This document shows, one piece after another, positions 7,788 through 18,316 of a DNA stretch of 47,728 bases. The DNA is taken from NCBI RefSeq assembly GCF_003334765.1, contig NZ_QOWT01000031.1. One strand, written 5' to 3'. The stretch is from Escherichia coli (lineage in GTDB: Bacteria; Pseudomonadota; Gammaproteobacteria; Enterobacterales; Enterobacteriaceae). The position numbers were made by a program, and so were the translations under genes. The notes under the pieces are model-generated. The model saw nothing but the letters and a program-made list of their open reading frames with translations. It did not search any database and was not told where the DNA came from. Numbering within the stretch: position 1 is the first letter of the stretch; each line of letters begins with the position of its first letter.

Positions 7788-8092
7788 TGACCACATTTAC
7801 CAATAAAGAACTGATTAAAGAAATCAAAGAACGAATCAGCAGCCTAGAGGTTCGAGACGATATTGAGCGCCGTGCTTATGAAATCGCACTCGTATCTCTG
7901 GAAGTAGAGCCAGATGAACGCGAAGCCTATGAATTATTCATGGAAAAGCGTTTCGGTGACTTAGTAGATCGTCGGAGAGTAAAAAACGGCGATAACGAAT
8001 ACATGGCATGGGATATGACTCTCGGTTGGATCGTCTGGCAGCAACGAGCTGGTATCCATTTTTCAACAATGACACAGCAAGAGGTGAAATAA
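7787..8092 (+). CDS. yfdT: YfdT-like prophage protein (101 aa)
   Basis: ORF; its stop overlaps the xis ATG (TAATG). Confidence 0.5.
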   Translation: MTTFTNKELIKEIKERISSLEVRDDIERRAYEIALVSLEVEPDEREAYELFMEKRFGDLVDRRRVKNGDNEYMAWDMTLGWIVWQQRAGIHFSTMTQQEVK

Positions 8093-8463
8093 TGGAGCCA
8101 TACAGCCTCACACTCGATGAGGCCTGTCAGTTTCTTAAGATATCCAGACCAACCGCCACCAACTGGATACGAACAGGCCGCCTACAGGCAACACGTAAAG
8201 ATCCAACCAAGCCAAAATCTCCTTACCTCACAACACGGCAAGCTTGCATTGCGGCGCTTCAGTCTCCGCTGCATACTGTCCAGGTGAGCGCGGGTGATGG
8301 CATAACAGAGGAAAGAAAATGTCACTCTTCCGCAGAAATGAAATATGGTATGCCTCGTATTCGCTCCCGGGCGGGAAACGAATTAAGGAATCTCTTGGCA
8401 CAAAGGACAAGCGGCAAGCTCAGGAGTTGCACGACAAGCGAAAAGCAGAACTCTGGCGAGTAG
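8092..8463 (+). CDS. Excisionase (Xis)-like DNA-binding protein; reading frame runs 145 nt into the integrase gene, possibly C-terminally altered
   Basis: N-terminal about 75 aa resemble excisionase HTH ([26 protein letters not shown]); the rest overlaps int in another frame. Confidence 0.5.
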   Translation: MEPYSLTLDEACQFLKISRPTATNWIRTGRLQATRKDPTKPKSPYLTTRQACIAALQSPLHTVQVSAGDGITEERKCHSSAEMKYGMPRIRSRAGNELRNLLAQRTSGKLRSCTTSEKQNSGE

Positions 8464-9482
8464 AAAAGCTAGGGGATTTACCTGATGTCACTTTTGAAGA
8501 GGCCTGCCTAAGATGGCTTGAGGAAAAAGCTGATAAAAAATCTCTCGATTCAGATAAAAGCCGGATTGAGTTCTGGCTTGAACATTTTGAGGGTATAAGG
8601 CTTAAAGATATCTCGGAGGCAAAGATTTACTCTGCTGTAAGCAGAATGCATAACAGAAAGACGAAAGAAATATGGAAACAGAAAGTTCAGGCCGCCATCA
8701 GGAAAGGTAAAGAACCGCCTGTTTATGAACCAAAGCCAGTATCAACTCAGACAAAGGCAAAGCATCTTGCCATGATAAAGGCCATTCTCCGTGCTGCAGA
8801 ACGCGACTGGAAGTGGCTGGAAAAAGCGCCTGTCATCAAGATACCAGCGGTCAGAAACAAGCGAGTCAGATGGCTGGAAAAGGAGGAAGCAAAACGCCTT
8901 ATTGATGAGTGCCCCGAACCACTGAAATCTGTCGTCAAGTTTGCGCTGGCAACTGGTCTGAGAAAGTCGAACATCATAAATCTGGAATGGCAACAAATCG
9001 ACATGCAGCGACGAGTTGCCTGGGTGAATCCAGAAGAGAGCAAATCAAACCGCGCCATTGGTGTGGCGCTGAACGATACCGCCTGTAAAGTGTTGCGTGA
9101 TCAAATAGGCAAGCATCACAAATGGGTGTTTGTACATACCAAGGCGGCTAAGCGAGCAGATGGAACATCAACGCCTGCGGTCAGGAAGATGCGCATCGAC
9201 AGCAAGACATCATGGCTATCAGCTTGTCGTCGTGCAGGAATTGAAGATTTCCGTTTCCATGACCTCAGACACACCTGGGCAAGCTGGCTGATCCAGTCAG
9301 GCGTCCCATTATCTGTGCTTCAGGAAATGGGCGGATGGGAGTCCATAGAAATGGTTCGTAGGTATGCTCACCTTGCGCCTAATCATTTGACAGAGCATGC
9401 AAGGAAAATAGACGACATTTTTGGTGATAATGTCCCAAATATGTCCCACTGTGGAATTATGGAGGATATAAAGAAGGCGTAA
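8319..9482 (+). CDS. intD: Phage tyrosine integrase (DLP12 IntD-like, 387 aa)
   Basis: C-terminal catalytic motifs of tyrosine recombinases ([14 protein letters not shown]); ends 16 bp from the tRNA-Arg 3' end. Confidence 0.9.
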   Translation: MSLFRRNEIWYASYSLPGGKRIKESLGTKDKRQAQELHDKRKAELWRVEKLGDLPDVTFEEACLRWLEEKADKKSLDSDKSRIEFWLEHFEGIRLKDISEAKIYSAVSRMHNRKTKEIWKQKVQAAIRKGKEPPVYEPKPVSTQTKAKHLAMIKAILRAAERDWKWLEKAPVIKIPAVRNKRVRWLEKEEAKRLIDECPEPLKSVVKFALATGLRKSNIINLEWQQIDMQRRVAWVNPEESKSNRAIGVALNDTACKVLRDQIGKHHKWVFVHTKAAKRADGTSTPAVRKMRIDSKTSWLSACRRAGIEDFRFHDLRHTWASWLIQSGVPLSVLQEMGGWESIEMVRRYAHLAPNHLTEHARKIDDIFGDNVPNMSHCGIMEDIKKA

Positions 9483-9497
9483 CTGATTGAATTGTAA

Positions 9498-9574
9498 TGG
9501 CGCGCCCTGCAGGATTCGAACCTGCGGCCCACGACTTAGAAGGTCGTTGCTCTATCCAACTGAGCTAAGGGCGC
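9498..9574 (-). tRNA. argU: tRNA-Arg (anticodon UCU)
   Basis: 77-nt reverse-complement match to a cloverleaf with anticodon loop CU-UCU-AA, T-arm GGTTCGAATCC and 3' CCA; prophage attachment site. Confidence 0.9.
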
Positions 9575-9816
9575 GTTGATACCGCAATGCGGTGTAATCG
9601 CGTGAATTATACGGTCAACCCTTGCTGAGTCAATGGCTTTTGATCTGGTTGCTGAACAAGTGAACGACCGCGTCTGATTTTCTGATTTATTTCGCTATAG
9701 CGGCAAACAAACGCACACCGCTGCGCGTCTGAATCAAGAAAACCCGTATTTTCATGTATCAAAGTACAATTTCCCGACCTAACGGAAAATTGTCCGCTCC
9801 TATGAGACTGGTAACT

Positions 9817-10449
9817 ATGAAACCAACGTCGGTGATCATTATGGATACTCATCCTATCATCAGAATGTCTATTGAAGTTCTGTTGCAAAAAAACAGTGAA
9901 TTGCAGATTGTCCTGAAAACGGATGATTATCGCATAACCATCGATTATCTCCGAACCCGTCCTGTTGATTTAATCATTATGGATATAGACTTGCCCGGAA
10001 CAGACGGTTTTACCTTCCTGAAAAGGATCAAACAAATCCAGAGCACAGTGAAAGTGTTATTTTTATCATCGAAATCAGAATGCTTTTATGCTGGCAGAGC
10101 GATACAAGCTGGTGCTAACGGTTTTGTCAGTAAATGCAATGATCAGAATGATATTTTTCATGCCGTTCAGATGATCCTCTCCGGATACACGTTTTTTCCC
10201 AGCGAAACGCTTAACTATATAAAAAGCAATAAATGTAGTACGAATAGTTCAACGATCACTGTGCTATCTAATCGTGAAGTGACCATATTACGTTATCTGG
10301 TTAGCGGATTATCTAATAAAGAAATTGCCGATAAGTTATTACTTAGCAATAAAACAGTTAGTGCGCATAAATCTAATATTTATGGCAAGCTAGGTTTGCA
10401 TTCAATTGTAGAGCTTATCGACTACGCCAAATTATACGAATTAATATAA
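9817..10449 (+). CDS. fimZ: FimZ response regulator (receiver domain plus LuxR-type HTH)
   Basis: 210-aa product from internal ATG at 9817; receiver Asp motif (IIMDIDLPGTDG) and LuxR HTH (NKEIADKLLLSNKTVSAHKSNIYGKLG). Confidence 0.9.
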   Translation: MKPTSVIIMDTHPIIRMSIEVLLQKNSELQIVLKTDDYRITIDYLRTRPVDLIIMDIDLPGTDGFTFLKRIKQIQSTVKVLFLSSKSECFYAGRAIQAGANGFVSKCNDQNDIFHAVQMILSGYTFFPSETLNYIKSNKCSTNSSTITVLSNREVTILRYLVSGLSNKEIADKLLLSNKTVSAHKSNIYGKLGLHSIVELIDYAKLYELI

Positions 10450-10451
10450 TA

Positions 10452-10967
10452 TTAATTATAATTGATCATAAATATCGCATCCGCTTTCGCCACACCTGGC
10501 CGAACACCGCTGGCTAACGCTCGATAATTGGCAAAAAAGTTTAGTGTGACATTGCCATTTGCATCTACTTCCTCAGTCGGGCTCGCCTCCCCCAGTGCGA
10601 GCCGGGAGCGATCGCTATTACGTAATTCGATGGCGACGGTTTGTGCCATTGCGGGATCATCCAGAGCCAGCAGGTTGGTATCGGATGCCGGCGTTCCCGT
10701 AAATAAAATCGCAACTGAACCCGGAGGACATCCCTCCAGCCGCAGGCTAAAAGGGACGAGTGCCGTGGTATCGCCAGCGTTCAGTAGTTGTGTCGTAGGC
10801 CATCTGCCTAAATCTACCGTCTTATCAATATCCGCTGTGTTTACGGTACAGGAGAAATCAACAACGTTACCGTGCAAATTGATATTAATCGTTCCTAAAG
10901 GGTCAACTGCCCATCCACTGGAACTCCACAGTAGCCCGCAGAAACAGCTAAAGAGTACTCTTCTCAT
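10452..10967 (-). CDS. sfmF: Fimbrial minor subunit SfmF
   Basis: 171-aa product from internal ATG; signal peptide and fimbrial-subunit C-terminus; position in the sfm operon. Confidence 0.8.
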   Translation of the reverse strand: MRRVLFSCFCGLLWSSSGWAVDPLGTININLHGNVVDFSCTVNTADIDKTVDLGRWPTTQLLNAGDTTALVPFSLRLEGCPPGSVAILFTGTPASDTNLLALDDPAMAQTVAIELRNSDRSRLALGEASPTEEVDANGNVTLNFFANYRALASGVRPGVAKADAIFMINYN

Positions 10968-10977
10968 TCTCCGTACC

Positions 10978-11985
10978 TCATTGATAATCGACGCGTAAAT
11001 ACCCCAGCGCGCTAAACGGCCCTTCGGTCGGTTTTTGACCGGTAATACTGATAGGCCAGGCGCGAAGTGTGACATTGGCTGCCGCAGCTGCATCCAGACG
11101 GAAAGGAATAACGCTATTGAGATCGTTAGGCGTGATCGGCGTATCGTTCTGATCGGCGACAATAAAACCTAAATCCTGATTGTCCGACACCATCGCCTGA
11201 CCAGAAACGGCACTGGCTTCCAGACGCATTGTTAAATAAGCCTGCGCAGCAACATTCGTACATTTGACCGCAATGCTCTTGGTTTGCGGCATGACACCAG
11301 CAGGTCGATTACCCGGCCCTGCCGCACTAAATAACGATGCGCCGATATCACCAAAATCAAATTCAACAATCTGCCCGGCATTTAATTCGCAGTTTTGCGG
11401 TACTTCAACCCGGCCACCAAAACTAATGGTATAAACAGGTGTAACCAACGGATCGTAAGGCGTTGATGTCACATACACGGTAAACATCACCTGTCTGGGG
11501 ATCTCCACCATGTTAATAAAGGGACGAATAACCTTTAAACGAAATATTAAACGAGAATCCATCACCCCGAATGGAAGGTTTTGCGAAACGTTAGGATCTG
11601 TTCCCATCCGAATATAATTTTGCGGGGGGAACTGAATATCCATAACACTATCAACCAGACTCATCGCACCTAATAGATAATCATTTAATTGCATATATTT
11701 ATAATTATCGATAGTTTCCTGAACAATAAAGTTGGTGACATAACTACGGTATGTATAATTCACCAGCGTGCCGGGTGGACAAATTGCTGAGACACCTACC
11801 CAGCCGGATTTTTCCGGTAAAACAACAATCTGCCCTGGCTGGTTATTGGTGCTATTAAAGATATTTGAGAGATCATAGTGTTCATCTTCTGCTACGCCAG
11901 TACTATTTGCACAAACAGTAGCCCAGGATATGTTTGCCAGACACAAACATGCCATCGCCAATAATAATCTGCAGATTATCTTCAT
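10978..11985 (-). CDS. sfmH: Fimbrial adhesin-like subunit SfmH
   Basis: ORF with signal peptide; order within the sfm chaperone-usher operon; exact start uncertain by a few codons. Confidence 0.8.
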   Translation of the reverse strand: MKIICRLLLAMACLCLANISWATVCANSTGVAEDEHYDLSNIFNSTNNQPGQIVVLPEKSGWVGVSAICPPGTLVNYTYRSYVTNFIVQETIDNYKYMQLNDYLLGAMSLVDSVMDIQFPPQNYIRMGTDPNVSQNLPFGVMDSRLIFRLKVIRPFINMVEIPRQVMFTVYVTSTPYDPLVTPVYTISFGGRVEVPQNCELNAGQIVEFDFGDIGASLFSAAGPGNRPAGVMPQTKSIAVKCTNVAAQAYLTMRLEASAVSGQAMVSDNQDLGFIVADQNDTPITPNDLNSVIPFRLDAAAAANVTLRAWPISITGQKPTEGPFSALGYLRVDYQ

Positions 11986-11997
11986 TGATAATTTCCT

Positions 11998-14607
11998 TTA
12001 TGAGCCAGGATGTGTGCAAACTGCCGAAATAACAGTGACGGCTTGCTGTAAGCTTTGCTTCGGCAATACATAGTGCGCAATGCAGCGTGAGTTCGCGCCG
12101 TCTCCCCACTGAACCAGTAATTCACCAGACAATGGCGCACCACTTAAATAAACTTGCCCGTCATCACCCACCATACTGGTTATTCCGGTACTGTTTTCCC
12201 GTACCAGTGATCCAAACGGCACCGGTTTTCCGCCCTGGGTAACGGTAATGAGCGCCCGCACGCCTATGCGGGTATCAAAATTGGCACGAACCAACGCGCC
12301 TTGCGTCGGCACAACGCTGCTAATATTTTTTTCAACATCGATGGAATTCCCCATCGTATTGGTATCAAGCGCGATACGGTTATACCGATAAACCGTGGCA
12401 TACGGCATCACCGCATAGCCGCGCCAGTCGGTTAAAATGCCAGTTTGATTTTCAATGCGTACACCGCCTGCGCCAGGCGCTTTAATCAAAACATTGGTAT
12501 CCCCTAAAGGCTGGCTCAGCGTTATGCCATTTTCATGCCCGACCACACCGCCAGACAGCTGCCAGTTAACGTCATGTTGATCGCGGTCGTAGTTATACCC
12601 GACCCCCAGCGTACCGTAAGCGGCCTGCCAGTTTGCCGTGGCGCTGCCCGTATACCCATTATTCGAGGTATCACCCTGGCTTACGTGATAACTCAGGTTG
12701 TGGCCTTCCAGTAAGGTCCCACCTACACCTGCCAGCCAGCTATTTTGCCCGTTGCTGTTACGGTTGGCGTTAAAGGAGGCATAAGCGCGGTCGAGCGCAT
12801 TTTCCCGGGTGTAGCGACGTTTGGTCAGAACATTGAAAGGCACTGAAACATTAAGTCCGACAATACGTTCGTTATCGGGGATCCCTACAGATTCATTCCA
12901 CGAAAATGAGAGCGAATAACTGATGCCAACCCAGCTGCTGGTATACCCCACCTGATACCACGTATCTGAATCCGATGTATTCCAGTATTTTTGATGGGTA
13001 CCAGAGATATAAAGCGAGCCAAAGTCATTAAGTGATTGTGAAATATTTAACTGCAAACGGTCTTTACGGCTAAAGCGTAAATTGTGGTAATTCACGATTA
13101 TCGGTTCATCGCGATGCTCACCGTCGTAATCGTAATCATATTCGTACCCCTCCATTCGACGATACGCAACATCATCAAGGGTATAAAAACCTTGTGTCGA
13201 ATAGCGGTAACCCATTAACTGAAAATTGGTGCCGAAGGTGTTCATCGATTTCGCATAGAGGAAGCGAATAGAATCCCCCTCATGACGACTATCGTCGGCT
13301 AACTGACTGCGCGCATGGGTCACATCCAGCGACACTGCGCCCCAGTTCCCGAGGTTGCGCCCCAGCCCTAATAAAAAGGCGGTGTAATTGGCAGATAATT
13401 GCGTCCCGCCGTAGGCAGTAAATTCCTGTGGTAAACCGCCGAGTACCGTGCCCTGAAAAAAGAAAGGCGATGATTGCTGACTATTACCGCTACGAAAATC
13501 GCCCGCCGTCAGGTCAAATTTGAAACGCCCTTCGCGTTGTAAAATTGGCACTGTTGAATACGGAATAGTGTAATTCTGCTGATTGCCATCGCGCTCGTCG
13601 ATGGTGACGTCCAGATCGCCATTTGAAGATGTCGGGTGCAAATCTGTAATTTCAAAAGCGCCGGGGGAAACATAGCTTTGATAGATAATAAAACCATTTT
13701 GCCGAATCGTTAGCTGGGCCGCCGTACGGGCAATCCCACGTACTGTTGGGGCAAACCCTTGCTGGCTATCAGGATACATATTATCGGAAGAGTAAAGCCG
13801 TACACCACGAAATCCAACACCATCGAAAATATCACTTCCTGTATTGCCGTCTCCCATTACCAGTTCACTTTTCAGCGGAATAATGGCGCGCTGTACCCAG
13901 GTGCCAATATTATTCCACTGTTCTGAATGATACCCATTTCCGCGAAAATAGTTCCAGGAACCATTGTTGCGTAAACGCCACGGGCCAATATTAATCCCGC
14001 TGAGCTCACTAAAAAAATAGCTATCGTTACCATTACCTCTGTTACCAGTGAAATTATAATTCAGGAGTAAAGCAGGAATACCTTCATCCCACTCTTCAGG
14101 CGGAATGTAACCGTGAGCGCTACTCAACAACGCTATCTGAGGAATAGTGATGTTCAGGCGCATCGCTGCAAAATCAAAGTTAATTGTGGCATCAGGTACA
14201 GCTTTCAGTAAATTGATGCATTTATTATTTTGCTGCTGGGCTAACTCGGGAAATGCACTGCTATTAAGGCCAATTCGTTCAAGGAGTACCTGGTTAAAAC
14301 AGGGCATTAACCCACCTGATTTATCACCTGTATTTTCTGTTGTCGATTCAAATACGATATCCTGTGAACCAATGAACTCATCATTACGCCAGAGATCCAC
14401 CCGATACACGCCCGCAGGTTGATGATTACCTCTCTCAAAGCGCGATAAATCAGCAACGGATGTGCCATTCTCTAATAAAAATGCCGGGTTGAAATAACTT
14501 TCCGCATAGCTTAAAAAGGAGGGTAAAATGGCAAGAGATGAATAACAAATTCCGGCCAGACACCAGGTATACCTCTGCGGAATATCCGTAGTAGTGGGTA
14601 TTTTCAT
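11998..14607 (-). CDS. sfmD: Fimbrial outer-membrane usher SfmD
   Basis: 869-aa ORF with usher-family features. Confidence 0.9.
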   Translation of the reverse strand: MKIPTTTDIPQRYTWCLAGICYSSLAILPSFLSYAESYFNPAFLLENGTSVADLSRFERGNHQPAGVYRVDLWRNDEFIGSQDIVFESTTENTGDKSGGLMPCFNQVLLERIGLNSSAFPELAQQQNNKCINLLKAVPDATINFDFAAMRLNITIPQIALLSSAHGYIPPEEWDEGIPALLLNYNFTGNRGNGNDSYFFSELSGINIGPWRLRNNGSWNYFRGNGYHSEQWNNIGTWVQRAIIPLKSELVMGDGNTGSDIFDGVGFRGVRLYSSDNMYPDSQQGFAPTVRGIARTAAQLTIRQNGFIIYQSYVSPGAFEITDLHPTSSNGDLDVTIDERDGNQQNYTIPYSTVPILQREGRFKFDLTAGDFRSGNSQQSSPFFFQGTVLGGLPQEFTAYGGTQLSANYTAFLLGLGRNLGNWGAVSLDVTHARSQLADDSRHEGDSIRFLYAKSMNTFGTNFQLMGYRYSTQGFYTLDDVAYRRMEGYEYDYDYDGEHRDEPIIVNYHNLRFSRKDRLQLNISQSLNDFGSLYISGTHQKYWNTSDSDTWYQVGYTSSWVGISYSLSFSWNESVGIPDNERIVGLNVSVPFNVLTKRRYTRENALDRAYASFNANRNSNGQNSWLAGVGGTLLEGHNLSYHVSQGDTSNNGYTGSATANWQAAYGTLGVGYNYDRDQHDVNWQLSGGVVGHENGITLSQPLGDTNVLIKAPGAGGVRIENQTGILTDWRGYAVMPYATVYRYNRIALDTNTMGNSIDVEKNISSVVPTQGALVRANFDTRIGVRALITVTQGGKPVPFGSLVRENSTGITSMVGDDGQVYLSGAPLSGELLVQWGDGANSRCIAHYVLPKQSLQQAVTVISAVCTHPGS

Positions 14608-14637
14608 AATTAGCTCTGATATTGTCAGATGATTCGG

Positions 14638-15330
14638 TTAGTTTAAGTTCACTTCTCTGACCGGGGTTACTGAACCATAATCATTAACGGTCTGAAATTT
14701 CAGCTTTCCCTGCACTCCTGAGGGTAAGGGAATTTGTGAATTAACTCTGGGTGCAGCCATAGCATTCCCCAACTTTTGGCTGCCCACTTGTAAGTTAACC
14801 AGGGTGACATAAAAAGGTGATGGATTATGAACATTGATATAGTTACCGGATCGCGAAAACTTGAGTGTGTCCGGCGCTTCTGCGGGTAATTCTTGTAATT
14901 GAATTGGACGGAGAAATAACTTCATGCGCGATAAAATCGCCAGTTGCAAAACATTCCTGCCGTTCAATGCATTTTTATCTACCGAAGGGATCGTCTTAAC
15001 ATTCATCCAGAACAGAGACTCACGATCTGCCGCCAGCGGTGGACCGGTGTAAATAATACGCAAAGTATTTTCGCTTTTGGGTTCACTAACAAATAGTGGC
15101 GGTGTAATGATGAATGACTTTTCTTTTACACCGCTGCTGTTTTCAATCCACGAATTGACCAGAAAACGCTCATTGGTATGGCTATTTCTAATCCATACCG
15201 CAGTCTGTTTAGCATCAGCGGGATAAATAATACGCGTGGCACCTAATGCGATCCCTCCGGCAGCATGGGCGCTGGCCGAAATGATTAAATAAAATATAAT
15301 GAGCATCAATAACTTTATTTTAGTCATCAT
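14638..15330 (-). CDS. sfmC: Periplasmic fimbrial chaperone SfmC
   Basis: 230-aa ORF with signal peptide and PapD-like chaperone sequence. Confidence 0.9.
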   Translation of the reverse strand: MMTKIKLLMLIIFYLIISASAHAAGGIALGATRIIYPADAKQTAVWIRNSHTNERFLVNSWIENSSGVKEKSFIITPPLFVSEPKSENTLRIIYTGPPLAADRESLFWMNVKTIPSVDKNALNGRNVLQLAILSRMKLFLRPIQLQELPAEAPDTLKFSRSGNYINVHNPSPFYVTLVNLQVGSQKLGNAMAAPRVNSQIPLPSGVQGKLKFQTVNDYGSVTPVREVNLN

Positions 15331-15549
15331 AGTTAATACGCCTTGTGTATTCCTGACGGCAAAAATAAGAAATATAAAGAAATGATTGCTTTGGTTTCTT
15401 ACAACACATCATTCCCTTTTCATTTAATAAAGCGGCATGATACAAAGTGAACATGATTTCGATTTACATTGCCACCATACCGCTTCAGACAACCGGTACA
15501 TTACTTTGTTATAAGACGTGATATATAATTCAAAACAACGTGGTTTTGA

Positions 15550-16092
15550 TTATTCGTATCTCATAATAAAAGTCGCGTCAGCATTTGCTTGCCCTGCTGA
15601 TGCACTTGTACCGGTGCCTTTATAACGTGCAGAAAAATGAAGAACGTTGGTCCCGGGGATCAAGTTCTGGTTGGTTGAGAAGCTATTCCCATCAGGTTTG
15701 AGAATTGCGGATGTATTATCAAGTATTTCAATACCGACACCCGTTGCTGTTGTTGTATTGGTACTGGATGCAATGGCCAATAAATTATCATTGATTGCAT
15801 CAGCCTGACCAGAAAATGCAACGGCAGCATTAGCGGCAACAACAGGATCGCAGTCGTTCAACTGAATGGTGAATGGAATTAATGCAGAGGTATTACCAAC
15901 AGCATTGAAAATATCGGTACGATATTGACCGAGTGTGACAACTTGGTCTGCCGAGTCAGTATTCACTGAACAGGCAGCATTCACCAGTTCGCCTTCAAAG
16001 TGAATTGTACCGCCATCTACAACGGCAGCATAACTACCCGTAGCGGCGAATAGTGCGGCAGCCAGCGCAGACGAAATAAATCTTAATTTCAT
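15550..16092 (-). CDS. sfmA: Type 1-like major fimbrial subunit SfmA
   Basis: 180-aa product from internal ATG (MKLRFISS...); signal peptide; fimbrial-subunit C-terminus. Confidence 0.85.
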   Translation of the reverse strand: MKLRFISSALAAALFAATGSYAAVVDGGTIHFEGELVNAACSVNTDSADQVVTLGQYRTDIFNAVGNTSALIPFTIQLNDCDPVVAANAAVAFSGQADAINDNLLAIASSTNTTTATGVGIEILDNTSAILKPDGNSFSTNQNLIPGTNVLHFSARYKGTGTSASAGQANADATFIMRYE

Positions 16093-16571
16093 ATATATTC
16101 CTTCAATCTCATTTATCGACTCCACATCCGTATATAACCGATTACTTTATTTAAGACACTGATAGTAGTAAATTCCTTTTTATCCTCTAAGAATGTCTTA
16201 ATTGAAAATATGCACTCTATTCTAAAAAATAGAGAGCCCCGTTAGATGAATACTTCCGCGCAAAATATATTCAACACAAATATAGACCTGAAGCGGTAAA
16301 TTACCAGGCTGAAAATTCTTTTTATATTGTCAGGTATTTCTTAAATTATCTTAATCCTTAGACAAGGAAATAAGTCAGTTCCAGATTTACAACGCCATCA
16401 TGGACGAAAAATGAAGCTTTCAATCTCAGCGACCTCAGCGACGGTGCGCCTAACCTTCGCAAGAGGTCGCTTCACGTGATAAATCTGAAACGAAACCTGA
16501 CAGCGCGCCCCGCTTCTGACAAAATAGGCGCATCCCCTTCGACCTACGTAACAGATGGAATCCTCTCTCTG

Positions 16572-17438
16572 ATGGCAGCAAAGATTATTGACGGTAAAAC
16601 GATTGCGCAGCAGGTGCGCTCTGAAGTTGCTCAAAAAGTTCAGGCGCGTATTGCAGCCGGACTGCGGGCACCAGGACTGGCCGTTGTGCTGGTGGGTAGT
16701 AACCCTGCATCGCAAATTTATGTCGCAAGCAAACGCAAGGCTTGTGAAGAAGTCGGGTTCGTCTCCCGCTCTTATGACCTCCCGGAAACCACCAGCGAAG
16801 CGGAGCTGCTGGAGCTTATCGATGCGCTGAATGCCGACAACACCATTGATGGCATTCTGGTTCAACTGCCGTTACCGGCGGGTATTGATAACGTCAAAGT
16901 ACTGGAACGTATTCACCCGGACAAAGACGTAGACGGTTTCCATCCTTATAACGTCGGTCGCCTGTGCCAGCGCGCGCCGCGTCTGCGTCCCTGCACCCCG
17001 CGCGGCATCGTCACGCTGCTTGAGCGTTACAACATTGATACCTTCGGCCTCAACGCCGTGGTGATTGGCGCATCGAATATCGTTGGCCGCCCGATGAGCA
17101 TGGAACTGCTGCTAGCAGGTTGCACCACTACCGTGACTCACCGCTTCACTAAAAATCTGCGTCATCACGTAGAAAATGCCGATCTGTTGATCGTTGCCGT
17201 CGGCAAGCCGGGCTTTATTCCTGGTGACTGGATCAAAGAAGGCGCAATTGTGATTGATGTCGGCATCAACCGTCTGGAAAATGGCAAAGTTGTGGGCGAC
17301 GTGGTGTTTGAAGACGCGGCTAAACGCGCCTCATACATTACGCCTGTTCCCGGCGGCGTTGGCCCGATGACGGTTGCCACGCTGATTGAAAACACGCTAC
17401 AGGCGTGCGTTGAATATCATGATCCACAGGGTGAGTAA
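16572..17438 (+). CDS. folD: Bifunctional methylene-THF dehydrogenase / methenyl-THF cyclohydrolase FolD
   Basis: 288-aa product from internal ATG ([16 protein letters not shown]...). Confidence 0.95.
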
Positions 17439-17439
17439 C

Positions 17440-17652
17440 ATGGCGACATTTTCTTTAGGTAAACATCCGCACGTTGAGCTGTGCGACTTGCTGAAACTGG
17501 AAGGCTGGAGCGAAAGCGGCGCGCAGGCGAAAATCGCGATTGCCGAAGGCCAGGTGAAAGTCGATGGCGCGGTTGAAACGCGCAAACGCTGCAAAATCGT
17601 CGCCGGTCAGACAGTGAGTTTTGCAGGTCACAGCGTACAGGTTGTTGCCTGA
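17440..17652 (+). CDS. ybcJ: YbcJ, S4-like RNA-binding protein (70 aa)
   Basis: ATG 2 nt after the folD stop; 70-aa product. Confidence 0.8.
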   Translation: MATFSLGKHPHVELCDLLKLEGWSESGAQAKIAIAEGQVKVDGAVETRKRCKIVAGQTVSFAGHSVQVVA

Positions 17653-17660
17653 TCCCTTTC

Positions 17661-17695
17661 CCGGCCTGTATCAACAGGCCGGTTCTCTTTTCAGA
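17661..17695 (+). terminator. Intrinsic terminator after ybcJ
   Basis: 8-bp stem CCGGCCTG/CAGGCCGG with 6-nt loop followed by a T-rich run. Confidence 0.55.
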
Positions 17696-17759
17696 CTTTT
17701 GCCCTCTACGCCCCGTTCATCCATGCTGATAGCATCGACATTTTGCCGAAGCGACCATC

Positions 17760-18281
17760 ATGCCAACCGTTATTACGCACGCCGCCGTTCCCCTATGCAT
17801 TGGTTTAGGGTTGGGTTCGAAAGTCATCCCTCCGCGTCTGTTATTTGCCGGAATCATCCTGGCGATGCTGCCCGACGCCGACGTATTGTCGTTTAAATTT
17901 GGCATTGCTTACGGCAATGTTTTTGGTCATCGCGGGTTTACCCATTCGCTGGTGTTTGCGTTTGTTGTCCCGCTGTTATGTGTGCTGATTGGACGCCGAT
18001 GGTTCAGGGCTGGGCTGATTCGCTGCTGGCTGTTTTTAACCGTCTCGTTGCTATCGCACAGCTTGCTGGATTCGGTAACCACTGGCGGTAAAGGGGTTGG
18101 CTGGCTGTGGCCGTGGTCAGATGAACGCTTTTTCGCTCCCTGGCAGGTGATTAAAGTCGCGCCGTTTGCATTGTCTCGTTACACCACGCCGTACGGGCAT
18201 CAGGTGATTATTTCTGAATTGATGTGGGTGTGGTTGCCGGGGATTCTACTGATGGGAATGTTGTGGTGGCACAGACGATAA
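17760..18281 (+). CDS. ybcI: YbcI inner-membrane protein (DUF457 family)
   Basis: 173-aa hydrophobic ORF. Confidence 0.8.
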   Translation: MPTVITHAAVPLCIGLGLGSKVIPPRLLFAGIILAMLPDADVLSFKFGIAYGNVFGHRGFTHSLVFAFVVPLLCVLIGRRWFRAGLIRCWLFLTVSLLSHSLLDSVTTGGKGVGWLWPWSDERFFAPWQVIKVAPFALSRYTTPYGHQVIISELMWVWLPGILLMGMLWWHRR

Positions 18282-18305
18282 CCGGATGCGAAAACTCGCA
18301 TCCGG
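18282..18305. repeat. REP-like hairpin between the convergent ybcI and cysS genes
   Basis: 9-bp perfect inverted repeat CCGGATGCG/CGCATCCGG with 6-nt loop. Confidence 0.4.
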
Positions 18306-18316
18306 CAATAGCGCAA

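Larger units (their letters stand above)
1..9574. mobile_element. Defective lambdoid prophage integrated at argU; integrase-proximal end, continues beyond window start
   Basis: Integrase ends 16 bp from the tRNA-Arg 3' end; xis, CI/Cro switch and phage-type genes present; no replication, lysis or head genes; lower GC than flanking core genes. Confidence 0.8.

Noticed and set aside
10528-10998. Plus-strand 156-aa ORF
   Set aside because: Antisense within sfmF; Ser/Ala-rich translation with no RBS.
16398-16865. Minus-strand 155-aa ORF
   Set aside because: Overlaps the folD 5' region antisense; folD assignment is secure.
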